A stretch of DNA of 63,395 nt, counting the filler, from Choristocarpus tenellus KU-1152 (Eukaryota > Protista > Phaeophyceae), in NCBI GenBank assembly GCA_964200185.2. It is 12 parts of 12 records of this genome, joined end to end, with 100 filler letters (N's around TTAATTAATTAA, not from the genome) between each part and the next. Parts side by side here need not be neighbours in the genome. Positions count along the whole stretch, not along the records: positions 12,167 to 16,475 come from CAXNAD020015182.1; positions 16,576 to 22,972 come from CAXNAD020008221.1; positions 23,073 to 25,993 come from CAXNAD020023646.1; 9 more parts are not named here. One strand, written 5' to 3'. Position 1 is the first letter of the stretch. The number at the start of each line of letters is the position of its first letter. Of this stretch, positions 12,167 to 23,717 are shown piece by piece. A model generated the notes under the pieces. The model was not told the origin of the DNA. It made no database searches and worked only from the letters and a program-made list of their open reading frames with translations. The translations under genes and the position numbers were made by a program.

Positions 12167-13075
12167 AGGGAGCAAGCGGAGGAGAAGGCACGCCAACGAA
12201 ATTGTGCAGCCAGAAAGATCCAGGCACTCTCCAGAGGACGCCAGGCACGCATAGTCATGGCCAGGGAGCGAGCAGCAGAGGAGACACGCCAACGAAATTG
12301 TGCAGCCACAAAGATCCAGGCACTCTCCAGAGGACGCCAGGCACGCATAGTCATGGCCAGGGAGCGAGCAGCAGAGGAGACACGCCAACGAAATTGTGCA
12401 GCCACAAAGATCCAGACACTCTCCAGAGGACGCCAGGCAAGGAGAAAGGTCGCAGCAAAAGCTGAAGCAGAGGCGGCATTCCAGCGGAAACGACACTTTG
12501 CAGCAACCCAAATACAATCACAGGTTAGGGGAAATCAGGCTCGGGAGAGGGCTAGAACTATGGCTACCGAACGTGCACGTCTTGAAGCTGAACGCATTGA
12601 GCATGAAGCTGTTGAGATGTGTAAGGCAGCAACAAAAATCCAAGCTATAGTCAGGGGTAGTCAAGGACGAGGTAAAGCACGGGATCTGCGCCAGCAGATC
12701 ATGGACAAGCAAGTCGAGGAAAAGCAAGCCTATGCTGCTATAAAGATTCAAACTGCTGGCCGTGGATGGTTAGTTCGTTTAAGGCAGGATAGACTGAAGA
12801 GGGAGCGTGTGGCAAAGCAACGTGTCAGACAAGCAGCCCTCACAATCCAGCGTGCAGTGCACATGGCAAAACCAGTACGCAGGATGCGAGCAAAGAAATA
12901 TGAGGAGGCTATGGTACTGGCAGCCCGACTGGAAGCTGCACGAGCAGCAAAAAAGGAACAGAACTCTGCTAGTAATCAGGAAGGATGCTGGCGAAGGAAG
13001 AGTATTGTTGGAGCCAAGGATGTGAATATGACGGTCAAGACCTTCAAACCACCTCCAGCAGGTGAATCTGAATAA
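12167..13075 (+). CDS. IQ calmodulin-binding repeat protein, 3' terminal exon (5'-partial)
   Basis: Frame open from contig start to TAA at 13075; about seven AAxxIQxxxRGxxxR motifs; the first three lie in near-identical 96-bp (32-aa) tandem units. Confidence 0.85.
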   Translation, partial: REQAEEKARQRNCAARKIQALSRGRQARIVMARERAAEETRQRNCAATKIQALSRGRQARIVMARERAAEETRQRNCAATKIQTLSRGRQARRKVAAKAEAEAAFQRKRHFAATQIQSQVRGNQARERARTMATERARLEAERIEHEAVEMCKAATKIQAIVRGSQGRGKARDLRQQIMDKQVEEKQAYAAIKIQTAGRGWLVRLRQDRLKRERVAKQRVRQAALTIQRAVHMAKPVRRMRAKKYEEAMVLAARLEAARAAKKEQNSASNQEGCWRRKSIVGAKDVNMTVKTFKPPPAGESE

Positions 13076-14379
13076 CTAAGTGTATTGGAGGTTGACAATT
13101 GGTGTTCAATACCACCTGAAAGGAAGGGTCTGACAGTGAGGACTAAACCACAAACACTGAGGTTCATACTCCTGTTTATTTGTTCCCTCAAACCGAAAAG
13201 CATGTTTGCTGTGCCATCAAAATGTAAATCCCTATGAAGTAGAAGTATGATGTATAAATTCCCACAGTGTACAGAGCTCAAGTGCAATGTATTTCAAGTG
13301 AGCATTCTATTGGAAGGACTGGGAGAGGAAAGCACACTGGTGGATCAAAGGTTACTTCGCATCCCATCAATTTGAGGGGACTCCCCCAATTACACTCAGA
13401 ACATTTTACTTACATTTTACAGCAGGGGTGTAAAAAGAGACAACCAGCAACAGTTTACGTAAATTTAGCTCCAAAAAGGCAATGCACTCAACAGTGGGTC
13501 GATTTTTTTCAATGTAGCCTTATCTTGAAGGGGAGGGGAGGGCAAACACTGTACAAAACCTTAGTGGCAAGGAGGAAAAATAATGTGCAGTGAAGGTAGA
13601 GTCTAATTTTTAGGGGTGCTTTTCAAGAGGAGGCGGACTAGTGAGGAAGAACTCAGCTGCTGTGTCATCTATTCATCACTAGAGAATATAGGAATGAATC
13701 ATTGTTAAATTATGTGATTATGGAGTTGCTTACGGTGTTGAAAAATAGTTGGGAGGTGTTAATAATCTGGAGTGTGTCGCAACAGCAAATATGTAATGAT
13801 GTACTTAGTACTGGTTATTTATTGTGAACAATGTTCTGAATTCAAATTAAAACAAACAAAAGGTGACACACAAGCTGTTGAACTTTTTTTGAGCACATAC
13901 AATCAAACCACCAAGCTGTAGAATGGCCCTACAGTTGTCTTTTTTCTTTTCTCTCTCGGACCGACGTTAGTGTGAATGTTCCTGTGCTGGGCTTACACTA
14001 AGCGGTGCAAGACCCCTGAAATAATTGCTTTGCTTCTGAACAAGATGTCTGTGCAGCAAGTGGTGCTAAACAAATGGAACAATGAGACAATTCCTACACT
14101 TTACTCCTCTTCGGCACATGCCATGAGTGCATCAACACACCTAGGATGGAGGGTGCACACAACCCAGAACAGATGCAACGCACTCCATCCAACAAATGCC
14201 GCATGGTGCTGCATTAACTCTGAAACAGACTACTAGAGCATGCTCTGCACAGGATACACACAAAATGCAAAACACTTTTCCATGGCAGGTACAGTAATAA
14301 AACTAGTTAGCTTTGAGTATGTTTATGGGTTGACCTATCTATTGTTCTTGCCAGGAGGTACTCATGTACAGCTGCTGCT

Positions 14380-14636
14380 GATTAAAAGTATCTTAGAGGG
14401 TACAAGTTTTATCCTATTTGTCCGTTTGGGGCTTGGCTTCCCGAGAGTATTTTTATGACATTTTCTTACTCCAATTTCTTCGGATTAGGTATAATGCATG
14501 CGTTCTGAAAAGGTGTGACAGGAACAAGGATATTGACACTTCCTAACAAATACAATAGCCAAGGTTACATCAAAATCGCAATATTGGATTTTGGTCCTCA
14601 AATGGAGCGACTCTACCCCCTAAGATACTCTGGCTC
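14380..14636 (+). mobile_element. MITE family A (Sola2-like), complete
   Basis: TIRs gattaaaagtatcttagagggta / taccccctaagatactctggctc; 4-bp TSD TGCT on both sides; 10 homologous copies in the window. Confidence 0.9.
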
Positions 14637-14689
14637 TGCTCTTCAAGGTGCTGTCCTACTGCTGAGAGTAGTATCAATCATTCGGCAGA

Positions 14690-14947
14690 GAGTCAAAGTA
14701 AGTGAGAGGTACCCAGAGTTGCATTTTGAGGATGCTGCCAAATACGTGCCAAATTACACTATTTTTTCGAATGTAAACAGGATATATTCCGAAGTAAGTT
14801 GTAATGTTTCAAACAATACAGAGATAAACCCTCTCAAGTCAAACTTAGCACTTCATCCATATAAACATCGGTGAATTGGAAAAGATCGAAAACTGGCTTG
14901 AAATTCAAAACGGCCAAAAACAGGGTACCTCTCGTCTACTTTGACTC
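14690..14947 (+). mobile_element. MITE family C
   Basis: TIRs gagtcaaagtaagtgagaggtaccc / gggtacctctcgtctactttgactc; homologous to 15307, 17563, 29200. Confidence 0.85.
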
Positions 14948-15306
14948 AGTACTGTTCCTGTACATAAATATTTTTTTGCAGAGTTCTTAAAATTGTGCAC
15001 ACCTCCAGAACATCGTTTAATATATATGCGATTGTGGAGGCCCTCCAAACGAGATTGCTGTCTGTCCAGAGAAAAATGACTGAACATATTGTCTAAACGA
15101 GCATATCCAACTTTGGGGTCTGTAGGTAACTTTCAGCTCCAAAGTGAGTGGTGGGGAAATGAAAGAATCACAGACCAGGGCTCTGCTACAAAGCATAAAA
15201 CCAAACAACACCTAACTGTACCCACTATCCTCTCAATAATGCTTTTTGCCGGATTAGAAGTAGAAGGGAATGATAGAGTGTTTGATGATAGTTCCAAATA
15301 TCGACC

Positions 15307-15576
15307 CAGCCAAAGTAATTGAGACCTACCCAGAGTTGCATTTTAAGGATGCTGACAAATACTCTAATATATACAAAAATCGTTTTTTTTGCAAATACGG
15401 GTAGTATAGGATTTGTCTGATTCATGTTGAAAAGTTTCAAATAATAGAGAAATCAATGCTTTCAGATCGAACTTAGCACTTCATCCAATAGAAATACGGG
15501 TGGATTGCACGAGACTGAGAAGCTTGCTCAAAATGAAAAACGGTCAAAACTGGATACCTCTCGTTTGCCTCAGCTC
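15307..15576 (+). mobile_element. MITE family C, diverged
   Basis: Shares tacccagagttgcattttaaggatgctg and cttagcacttcatcca with 14690-14947. Confidence 0.8.
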
Positions 15577-15800
15577 ACTGCTTCGCATCTAGTGGTAGAG
15601 TGACTAATATCTTAACAAATTAAAAGTTCACATGCATATACAAGTCATGGCAGGTAACCAAGTTTCTCCTCACGTACTGAGAGTGCGAACGTTGAGTGGT
15701 TAGAGACAACAAGGGTTGATGGAGACAACATGGTTGAAGCCACTCTCGTAGCTGTCTCAGGGAATCCTGATATCTTCTGTCTCTAATCAAGTCGTTTATT

Positions 15801-16475
15801 GAGTGAAAGTATCTTAGAGGGTACGAATGTTGCCCTATTTGTCCATTTGGGCTTGACTTCCCACAGGTTTTTTTATGACATTTTACCTACTCGAAATTTT
15901 TCGGAGTAGGTAACATGTATATATTATGAAAAGGTGTGTCTGGAACAAGTGTTGCAGGCGCCCCTCAGAACTCACCTCCACAGGATGTACAGCTCAAATG
16001 CAATTCACAGATTACCGCACATCAGCTCTCAGCAGAACAGGAGTACTCTCAGGTGAATCAAGTAGCACAGGGAAAGTATGTTTATCGATATCAGTTAAGA
16101 GAGAACAACTGAGAACGTGGGGTCTCTAGGTCAGCAGAACTGAGCCGTTTGGAGCCGTTTTCAGGATCTCTTGTCATCATTTATCGTTGGGGCTTCTTCT
16201 GGTTTAGAGACATTGGAATATATCTGAGAACCTTTGCGACCTTTCCATCTGAGACCCTTTGCGACTTTCCCGAGTCACAGATTTTATTCCGCAACTTTTT
16301 TTTAGCAAATCGGAGTTCCCCCTTTTGGGGTTCCCCACGCGCGTACACTGCTCGCGCCGGTTAAAGCGCGGGATGAAATACTCGCGCTATTTGACTGTAA
16401 CACAAGGATATTGATACTTCCTAACAAACACAATAGCCAAAATTACATCAAAATCGCAACATTGGATTTTGGCCC
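15801..16475 (+). mobile_element. MITE family A interrupted by a solo LTR, truncated at contig end
   Basis: gagtgaaagtatcttagagggta start; the consensus resumes exactly (caaggatattga) after the 453-bp insert. Confidence 0.85.
15950..16402. mobile_element. Solo LTR (453 bp), probably Ty3/gypsy
   Basis: TGTTGCAG...CTGTAACA inverted ends; 4-bp TSD CAAG at 15946-15949 and 16403-16406; boundaries fixed by the host MITE consensus. Confidence 0.85.
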
Positions 16476-17055
16476 NNNNNNNNNNNNNNNNNNNNNNNNN
16501 NNNNNNNNNNNNNNNNNNNTTAATTAATTAANNNNNNNNNNNNNNNNNNNNNNNNNNNNNNNNNNNNNNNNNNNNCGTAGGTATTCCGAATCTTACTCTG
16601 CATCTCCTTAAAATAATCACTTATTCTGTAAGGTTAACCTATGTGTTACTAATATCGTATATAGTTCGCACTTGTCAGAACTCGAGAAACAATCTTCGCA
16701 CTGTATGTCTGTTACAAATGTTCGTATTTCCTAACAGAAAGAAGAAAATGCTCGCACTATTCGTGTGTAACAAATGCTCAAACTTTGTTGAAATAGAAGA
16801 AGAAACGCTCACGCTATTCGCCTGTAACACTCTTGGAGGCATGTCCTGTTACAAAACGCTCCCACAGCATACCATGATTGGATATGTAGCTCCAATCTAC
16901 AAGCCTGTAGGCTGATAGTGAGGCTCGCAGGCTGCGCCAAAATGGAAACATCATCAAATATGCTGGACCTCTCGCTTCGATTATTCAATATATTATTTGT
17001 TTGAGGTATGTAGAAACAACTGAGACAGACATGAGACGGGCAATGAATGGTGTAA

Positions 17056-17259
17056 TAATGACAAAATAATAAATAGTCAAGAAGCACAACGCATAATGTA
17101 GAACTTCAACCTCATAGTAGTGGTTTCCCATCACCTGTGGCAGTACTGTCACAGGCGATATGTCTTGATGAACGTTTCATAAACATCATTATGACATTGA
17201 AGTTCTAGATTTGATATATTTGTCCTTCTTGACTATTTATTTATTATTTTGTCATTATG
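17056..17259. repeat. ~35-bp inverted repeat pair, MITE-like
   Basis: ataatgacaaaataataaatagtcaagaagcacaa versus ttgtccttcttgactatttatttattattttgtcattat. Confidence 0.6.
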
Positions 17260-17562
17260 GTCCCCGATTGTGATAAGACATCGCTGATCAGTTTCCTTTT
17301 ATATGATGATATTGATGATAATCCAAGTGAGAGATCATACTTGACGACTGGTGCACCAGGAGTCCTATACGTGCATCAGTATCATCTATAGGCCCGTAGA
17401 TTGGAGCTATTCATCCTGTGGAGGTGAGCTTTCGAGGGCGCTTGTAACAGTACACCAATTCTTCTCCTTGCAACTTGCTTCCAATTTCCAGTCACAAGCT
17501 CCCCGAAACACCAATACCTTAGGAGTCGACCATCCCCCATGCGAGCAACTGACCTGGCAACT

Positions 17563-17830
17563 GACCCAAAGTAAACAAACGACTTCACATCCCCAGGGTT
17601 GCATTTTAAAGTTGGATGCTGGCAAATATAATAAATTAGGCTTTTTGTACAACAAATACGTACGGAGACTTTCTGAATTATGTTAAACTTTTTCAAATAA
17701 TAGAGAAATCAAGGCTCTCAGGTCTGTTTCAACAATTTGTCCACGGAAATAAGGGTGAGTTGCAAAGACCAAAAAGTGAGTTATAACACGAAAGGACAAA
17801 AAATTGGGCAACTCTCGTATACTTTGATTC
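17563..17830 (+). mobile_element. MITE family C, diverged
   Basis: gacccaaagtaa...cagggttgcattttaaag...ctctcgtatactttgattc. Confidence 0.75.
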
Positions 17831-19426
17831 AATAGGAGACCCCGCTTGCGTAGTACTGCCTCAATGCTCTCACACCCAGTCTTTACAAGAGCATCTTTGC
17901 AGAATGGGACATGATCAATGCGTTTCCGTTTGCAGAAACCTATTGCAGTGGAGGAGGAATTATTTGTGGTGATGTGAGGAGACCTCTTTCAGATAGTGAG
18001 CCTTGCAGAGTGGCCATATCATACAACCATATAACAGAAGTTCAAGTACTTCAGCTTTGAGCATTCAAAACTTAAGCTCAACTTAGACACCTGAACTCCT
18101 TTATAAAACATTTGTGTATAATAGCCTCTGTAATCAATTGAGTTTTCGATATGGAATAGGATAATCGAAACCAGATTTCCATGGAGAGAGGTCAGGTGTC
18201 GAAGGGGTTCGAACTCGCTAACTTCAAGGGGGTAGTCGCGCCTTGATGAATATGGATTGTGGGAGAGAATACTTAATGCTTTGATAATTATATACGAAAA
18301 TGTATTATACAAATATTTGTTTCCTTTTTATTGGCTGCTGCTTTGGGTAATGGTTTCCATCAGTTTTTCGATACTCAATAATTCTCGAAGAGCGTATGCG
18401 TGGCACAAGGTTTTATTTTGGAACACATTCGAAAATTCGGGTTCGTATTTTTGTTTGTTCCACGAACGTCTTTAGTCATCTTTGTGATTTGGTTCTGTAT
18501 TTTCATGCATACATACTCGTAGTGCGTCACTCTCGCGAGTTGGAATCAGGCGCGCGCACTCACATCTTCAAGGTTGTCGACAGCTGAGAGGACAGACTAC
18601 ACACAATACATCAAAAAGACCATTGGCAGAAGGTCAAGACTTGAAGACGGACAAAGAACAATCAGCGGCAAGTTACTGCGCACTTTTCCACTCATTGCTC
18701 CAACCCCCTCTACATCACACACACAGAGGTCGTGCAAGTTATTACAGCCTGGACGAATTTTAGGATAAGTGATATCTGGGTGGTCGACGTTCAAGTTCCA
18801 TATTTCCTGGTCAGAACGTGCACCGTTAGCATTGCGCTTTTGCGAGGCGGAGACCGAGAGACTGGGTGCAGGCTACGTCGCGTAGGAAGGAGTTAATGGG
18901 TGGACAATATGGACGGAAGGCAAGTGAGCTCAGAGAAGGGAGATGAAGGAGACAATTTTTAAAGGTATCTTATTCTTCGAGCGTGTCAACATTTTGTGAG
19001 CGGTGCGGGTAGTGTGGTAGTAATCAACAAATGACTTAACCATAAATTTCACGTTAATGTCCCGGCAAACTGTCAAGGGTATTGCTTTAGGTGGTACTTT
19101 CGGTGGGATTTCGTGGTGTGGGGGGGATTAGTGTAGGTATTGATTTTGTCATTCGTCTTGGTTGATCTCCCTTGTACCATGAAACCCCTTTTGTAGAAGG
19201 TTGTGGCCTCTAATATCTTTCTGCGATGTAACAGATGGCAGTAGCGGTACCCTAAACAAAACTGAAAGGTAATCTTTTGTCCTGGTTATAACCATTCACC
19301 ACTCTACACCACCCTCCTTGCAAATACAGAGAGGGAATCACCTTAGGGTGTTTGCTCATTACGTTCTGGGGAGGCTGGCCTTTCTCTTCTTTGTGTGCCA
19401 TCCAGGGACGCTCGCCACTTTCTCAG

Positions 19427-20516
19427 ACAGTCAAACTTACCTGAAGAACCGCTATCCGAATCGGGATCTTGTCACAACGGAGGGGCAGGTGGTGCGTACG
19501 ATCGTTACCATCTACTGCATTAATCGTCTTTTGCTGTTCACTTCTCCAAATTCGACCGGGATACATTTATTTATCCTTCTTTCCTCATTCCCCTCCCTTC
19601 CTCCTAACCCCTTTCGTGTGAAAATCCTACGTTACATCCCTGTTGGTTATAGGAACAGCGTCGTCACATCACTCCACGCTCCTCAGAGGACTTCGCCATG
19701 CGCACGGGTGTACCCGATAGCGTACTGAACGGTGACATGACCAGCTGGGTACCAGATTGGGCCCCATCTCTCGAGACACGCTTCCATAACAGGGTGAAGG
19801 CTTGGTTGATGGGGTATAGGAGCTCCCCAGATCATATTAGCCAGCTCCCAGGTCTTGCCTTCATCTCGCCCGCCTCCACAGTACGCACGATACATGCTTG
19901 CGCTTGCACGGCCAGCGACCGTCAGAGTCATCGTTGGAACACTTTGTCCCATCTGGAGGCCATTCCCAAGGCAGCACGTGGCCAACATCATCCAGCCTTT
20001 GTCTACTCCAGTGGCCGACAGTCCAGTGCCCTGCATATGTTGCTTGGCCTGGACAGTGTAGGTGCACGTTTTCGTGGAAGGCAGGCCAGCTCAAAAATGT
20101 CTGGGAGTGGTTTGACAGGCTCGGCGGCGACCCAGTTGCCAGTGGTAACTGATGGCACTCCGGCCCAAGAGCCGGACCCCGCCTCCTCTATCTACTCTCA
20201 GCTTCAGCAGCAGGGTAGTATTTCCAGTAGCAGTACCAGCCTTGGTGGCAACCTGTTTTCTTCCCTGATGGGTAGCGCAGCGGACATGTATGATATGACG
20301 ATGAATTACGTGGGGTGCGCAATTGTGACCTCCTCCTTTGGCAAGCGGTACCTCAACTCCGTGGAGGATGAGACGTACAAGACTGTGCCTGCGTCAGCAA
20401 TTCGTAGTGGAGCTGTGATGGGTGCTGACCCTTACGACCTAGTTGGTTTTTCCAACATAGATCCTTTTGAGGCCAGCCGCCGTCGCTCCAGTGGGAACAG
20501 TGGAATGCGCATGTAG
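19427..20516 (+). CDS. Hypothetical protein, last two exons (first exon probably near 18896-18964)
   Basis: Exon 19427-19488 (ctcag|...GGGCAG|gt) splices in phase to 19653-20516 (tatag|, 287 codons to TAG); GC-rich coding-like composition; no recognisable domain. Confidence 0.65.
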
Positions 20517-23072
20517 CTAAAGAAAAATGTGGAAAGTGTGAAGTGTTTTGATAGTCGTTAAGTGGTTATGTCATGCTCTTCGTACACTTCCAATATTGTA
20601 AATAGGTTGTGATGGTGTTTGTGAGGGGTGAACTTAAAAAAGACGGGTTGGTTGCTTTAAAGGGGTTGCTAGGTATGGAGTTATGATGCTATGTGGTGTC
20701 CAGGTGTTGTGGGTGAGGAATGAAAGATGGAGGGGGGTGGATTAGTTGATAATGGCTTGCTTTATGTACATCATAGGGCTGTCAGTGGTCTCTCACCTTT
20801 CTTTCATACCTTGGTCACAGTAGGTATGCCCATTCATATGGCATTGCAAGTAGATAAGAAAAGGTGTGCCTGTGTCTGTTGAGAAATCTTGATCTCAGGC
20901 ATGTTTTGAAAAGGAGATTGTAGCTCTCCCATGACACAGCTCACCCATGCTTGCTCTGGAAAGGGGAGAGAAGTGTAGAGTTGAGAATATTTTATTTTGT
21001 GGTTGATGGTGTAACCTCACTTTCAAGGATCCTGCTGAATTCCGCATCCTTGTTACATATGTATCTCAGGAGTGAAGCAGCCCTTCAATGTCGACAGTTC
21101 ACTAGAATGTGGATGTTGATGTGGAGGGTGAAGGTAAAGAGTGATTAAGAACAAGGGTGTTATTTTGTTGTTTAGCATGGTGTGGGTCTTTTGCTGTAGT
21201 GCATGCATTGTACATAGTCCCATTATGAGACTATGTGAGAGTGACAAATGATAAGGTGTGAGGGATTTAGGAGAGGTCAGTGAGGTATGTGCAGACTCTA
21301 CAAGTCCCGTATTGAATTTCTTGTGATAGAGCAGGTCAAAGTGGAATAGAAGTTGAATTAGGGAGTGGGGAGGAGTTCTGGACAACTGGGTTTGGCTTTG
21401 GGGGTACAATAAGCCATTTCTCCTTAACCTCAGTTTCCTACCCTTGGTTCCCATGATACGTAAGGGTGAAAGCACAGATTGTGATTGTTGTAGTATTATA
21501 ATTTTCTTAGCATATTGATTGCAAGGTGCTTAAGTGTTCAGTTGTACTTGTTTATGTGCAGCAGCAGAGTTGTAGTCATTGTGCATGGGTTACCATTCCA
21601 ATCTTGACTTATCCCCTGCTGCTCCCCTCCCCACTCTTTGACCCCCTACACACAGTTGTGCAAAATGGTTGAGGGAAATTAGTAAAGGGGTTCAAAACAC
21701 AGTAGTTGTGTGGGGGCATGAGAGTGGTTAGGGATGGTAAATTGTACGTAGAATGTGAGGCTGAACGTGGAAATGGTGAACAAACCATGAGGACAGTCAG
21801 CAAAAAAATAAAAAAAGTCCTACATGTGGTTTGTGCAGAGACAGATTAAATATACTTTTTGAAAAAGTCTTTGCGTCATCAATTTCTTCTTTCTCGATAC
21901 GTTTTGGGTCCTCCAGGATGTGATCGGGTATTACGTGACCATTTTCCTCGTTGTACGTTACACTGTTCATGGTGCTGCCGTTTTCACTCTAACCGTTCAT
22001 GCACTGCGGCTTACACTCAAGGTTCGACCCTTCAGGGCACAATGCAAACACGGTCAGTACTGCATTAAAATCTCGGTACATGCCATACTTACACGGTTAT
22101 TTTTAACCACATTTATGTAGTGAGAGGTTTTATTGAAGTGCAGAGGGAAGACCTTCACCCCTTTCCTGTCCTGCCGTTCATATTGATATCAATACTCTTG
22201 AAGTAAGAGTGATGCATTTATCGGTTGACAGGGATGCAGTGGATTCACAGAGACCTAGGTATTGCAAGCGTAGGCGAGTAAAGAAATGTGTGACATAGGA
22301 GAAAGTTCAGATACATCATAAATAAGGTGCTGCACATCTATTTCTCAAGTTTGGAGGAACGGGTGCTCCAGCAAGTAGGAAATTGAATAAATGTGTTAAC
22401 TACACATCATCATGCACAACATGATTCCTTGCGCACAACGCCGTTTTTAAAGAAATCATTGTTTTAGGTAGACTCGTAGGAGGGTCGTGATCGTGGGAGA
22501 GAGAGTGCCAGAACGTATTTGCTTGTTCTCTCTTTCTGGTAGAGCTCCCCCTACACATACTACATAAATAGTATTGTTGTCCTTGTTTTGCACCAGCTTT
22601 TCAACCAAGCACTAAGGTCTTCTCTTGTGAAACAGGTAGACAAAACCATGTATGCATAGATGAAAAAATATATATATAGTAAACGGATGTGTATTACATA
22701 CTGGAGTAATTTACATTTTCCTCTAATCACGCCTTTGAGAAATCTGGTAGCACATAAATAAAGCACACTGTATCTTCTAAATTTTTGTTTTGCTTTGCTC
22801 ACGAATTCTGGATTATTATTTTATTCTATATTTGCATTTCACCCATTCCCCATTGTGCCACCACTTGCGACCAACCAGTGTGACCTCTTCGCCACTGATT
22901 TCCAGTCACCCCCCCCCCCCCACATGCGATGACCAACCAATCAATGCAAACCCATTTGCCATTGATTTCCATNNNNNNNNNNNNNNNNNNNNNNNNNNNN
23001 NNNNNNNNNNNNNNNNTTAATTAATTAANNNNNNNNNNNNNNNNNNNNNNNNNNNNNNNNNNNNNNNNNNNN

Positions 23073-23253
23073 AGTTGGGGGGGGGGTGGGTGTGAGGGGG
23101 TTCTACACCAGGGTGTCCATTTGGGTCAAAATCAGGAAAAGTGTATTTACATTAACCATTCGACATATGCAACCAAATCATCAAAAAATCGTGACATGAA
23201 TAAACTGACCCCAAATGGACAGTCGCCACCCCCCCCCCCAGATACTTTGAGCC
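23073..23253 (+). mobile_element. MITE family B, left end lost at contig start
   Basis: Matches complete copy 30031-30210; ends ccccagatactttgagcc. Confidence 0.85.
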
Positions 23254-23257
23254 AGAT

Positions 23258-23717
23258 GTGAAGATGATCGCCATGATCTCCAATGGGGTATGGGATGAAG
23301 TACCACGTCCTAGAGAAAAGCTTGTGGTGGGGACCGAGATGCTGTATAACAAGTGCAGACTGGTGGGCCAGGGGTTTCAAAAGGTGAAGAGATTACAAGT
23401 TCAACAAACATTTCCCCCTACACCCACGGCAGCCAGTATCGGGATGGTACTTGCAACTGCAGTTCTAGAAGACATGGAGCTGCAACACCTTGTCGTGGAG
23501 CAAGCATTCATCAATACGGATGTGGACGAACAGCTCTGCATTGAGATTCCTGAGGACTACCAAGCATTCATCCCCTGGAGTGGTTGGAAAGGTGAACAAG
23601 GCAATTTACTGCCTGGTCCAAGCAGGGGCTTGCTGGAACATCAAACTTACCACTGACATCAAGAAGATAGGGCTCGAACAATCACAAGCTGGCCCTTGCT
23701 TTTTCAGGAAGATTTAG
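23258..23717 (+). pseudogene. Ty1/copia reverse transcriptase fragment
   Basis: GVWDEVPRP, KCRLVGQGFQ, VEQAFIN, KAIYCLVQAGACW are degenerate copia RT motifs; frameshifted. Confidence 0.85.

Noticed and set aside
11106-13075. Myosin and IQ-repeat ORF as one gene or a functional cluster
   Set aside because: Different contigs and opposite strands.
18195-18250. tRNA gene or SINE (GTTCGAAC B-box)
   Set aside because: No A-box or cloverleaf pairing and no second copy.
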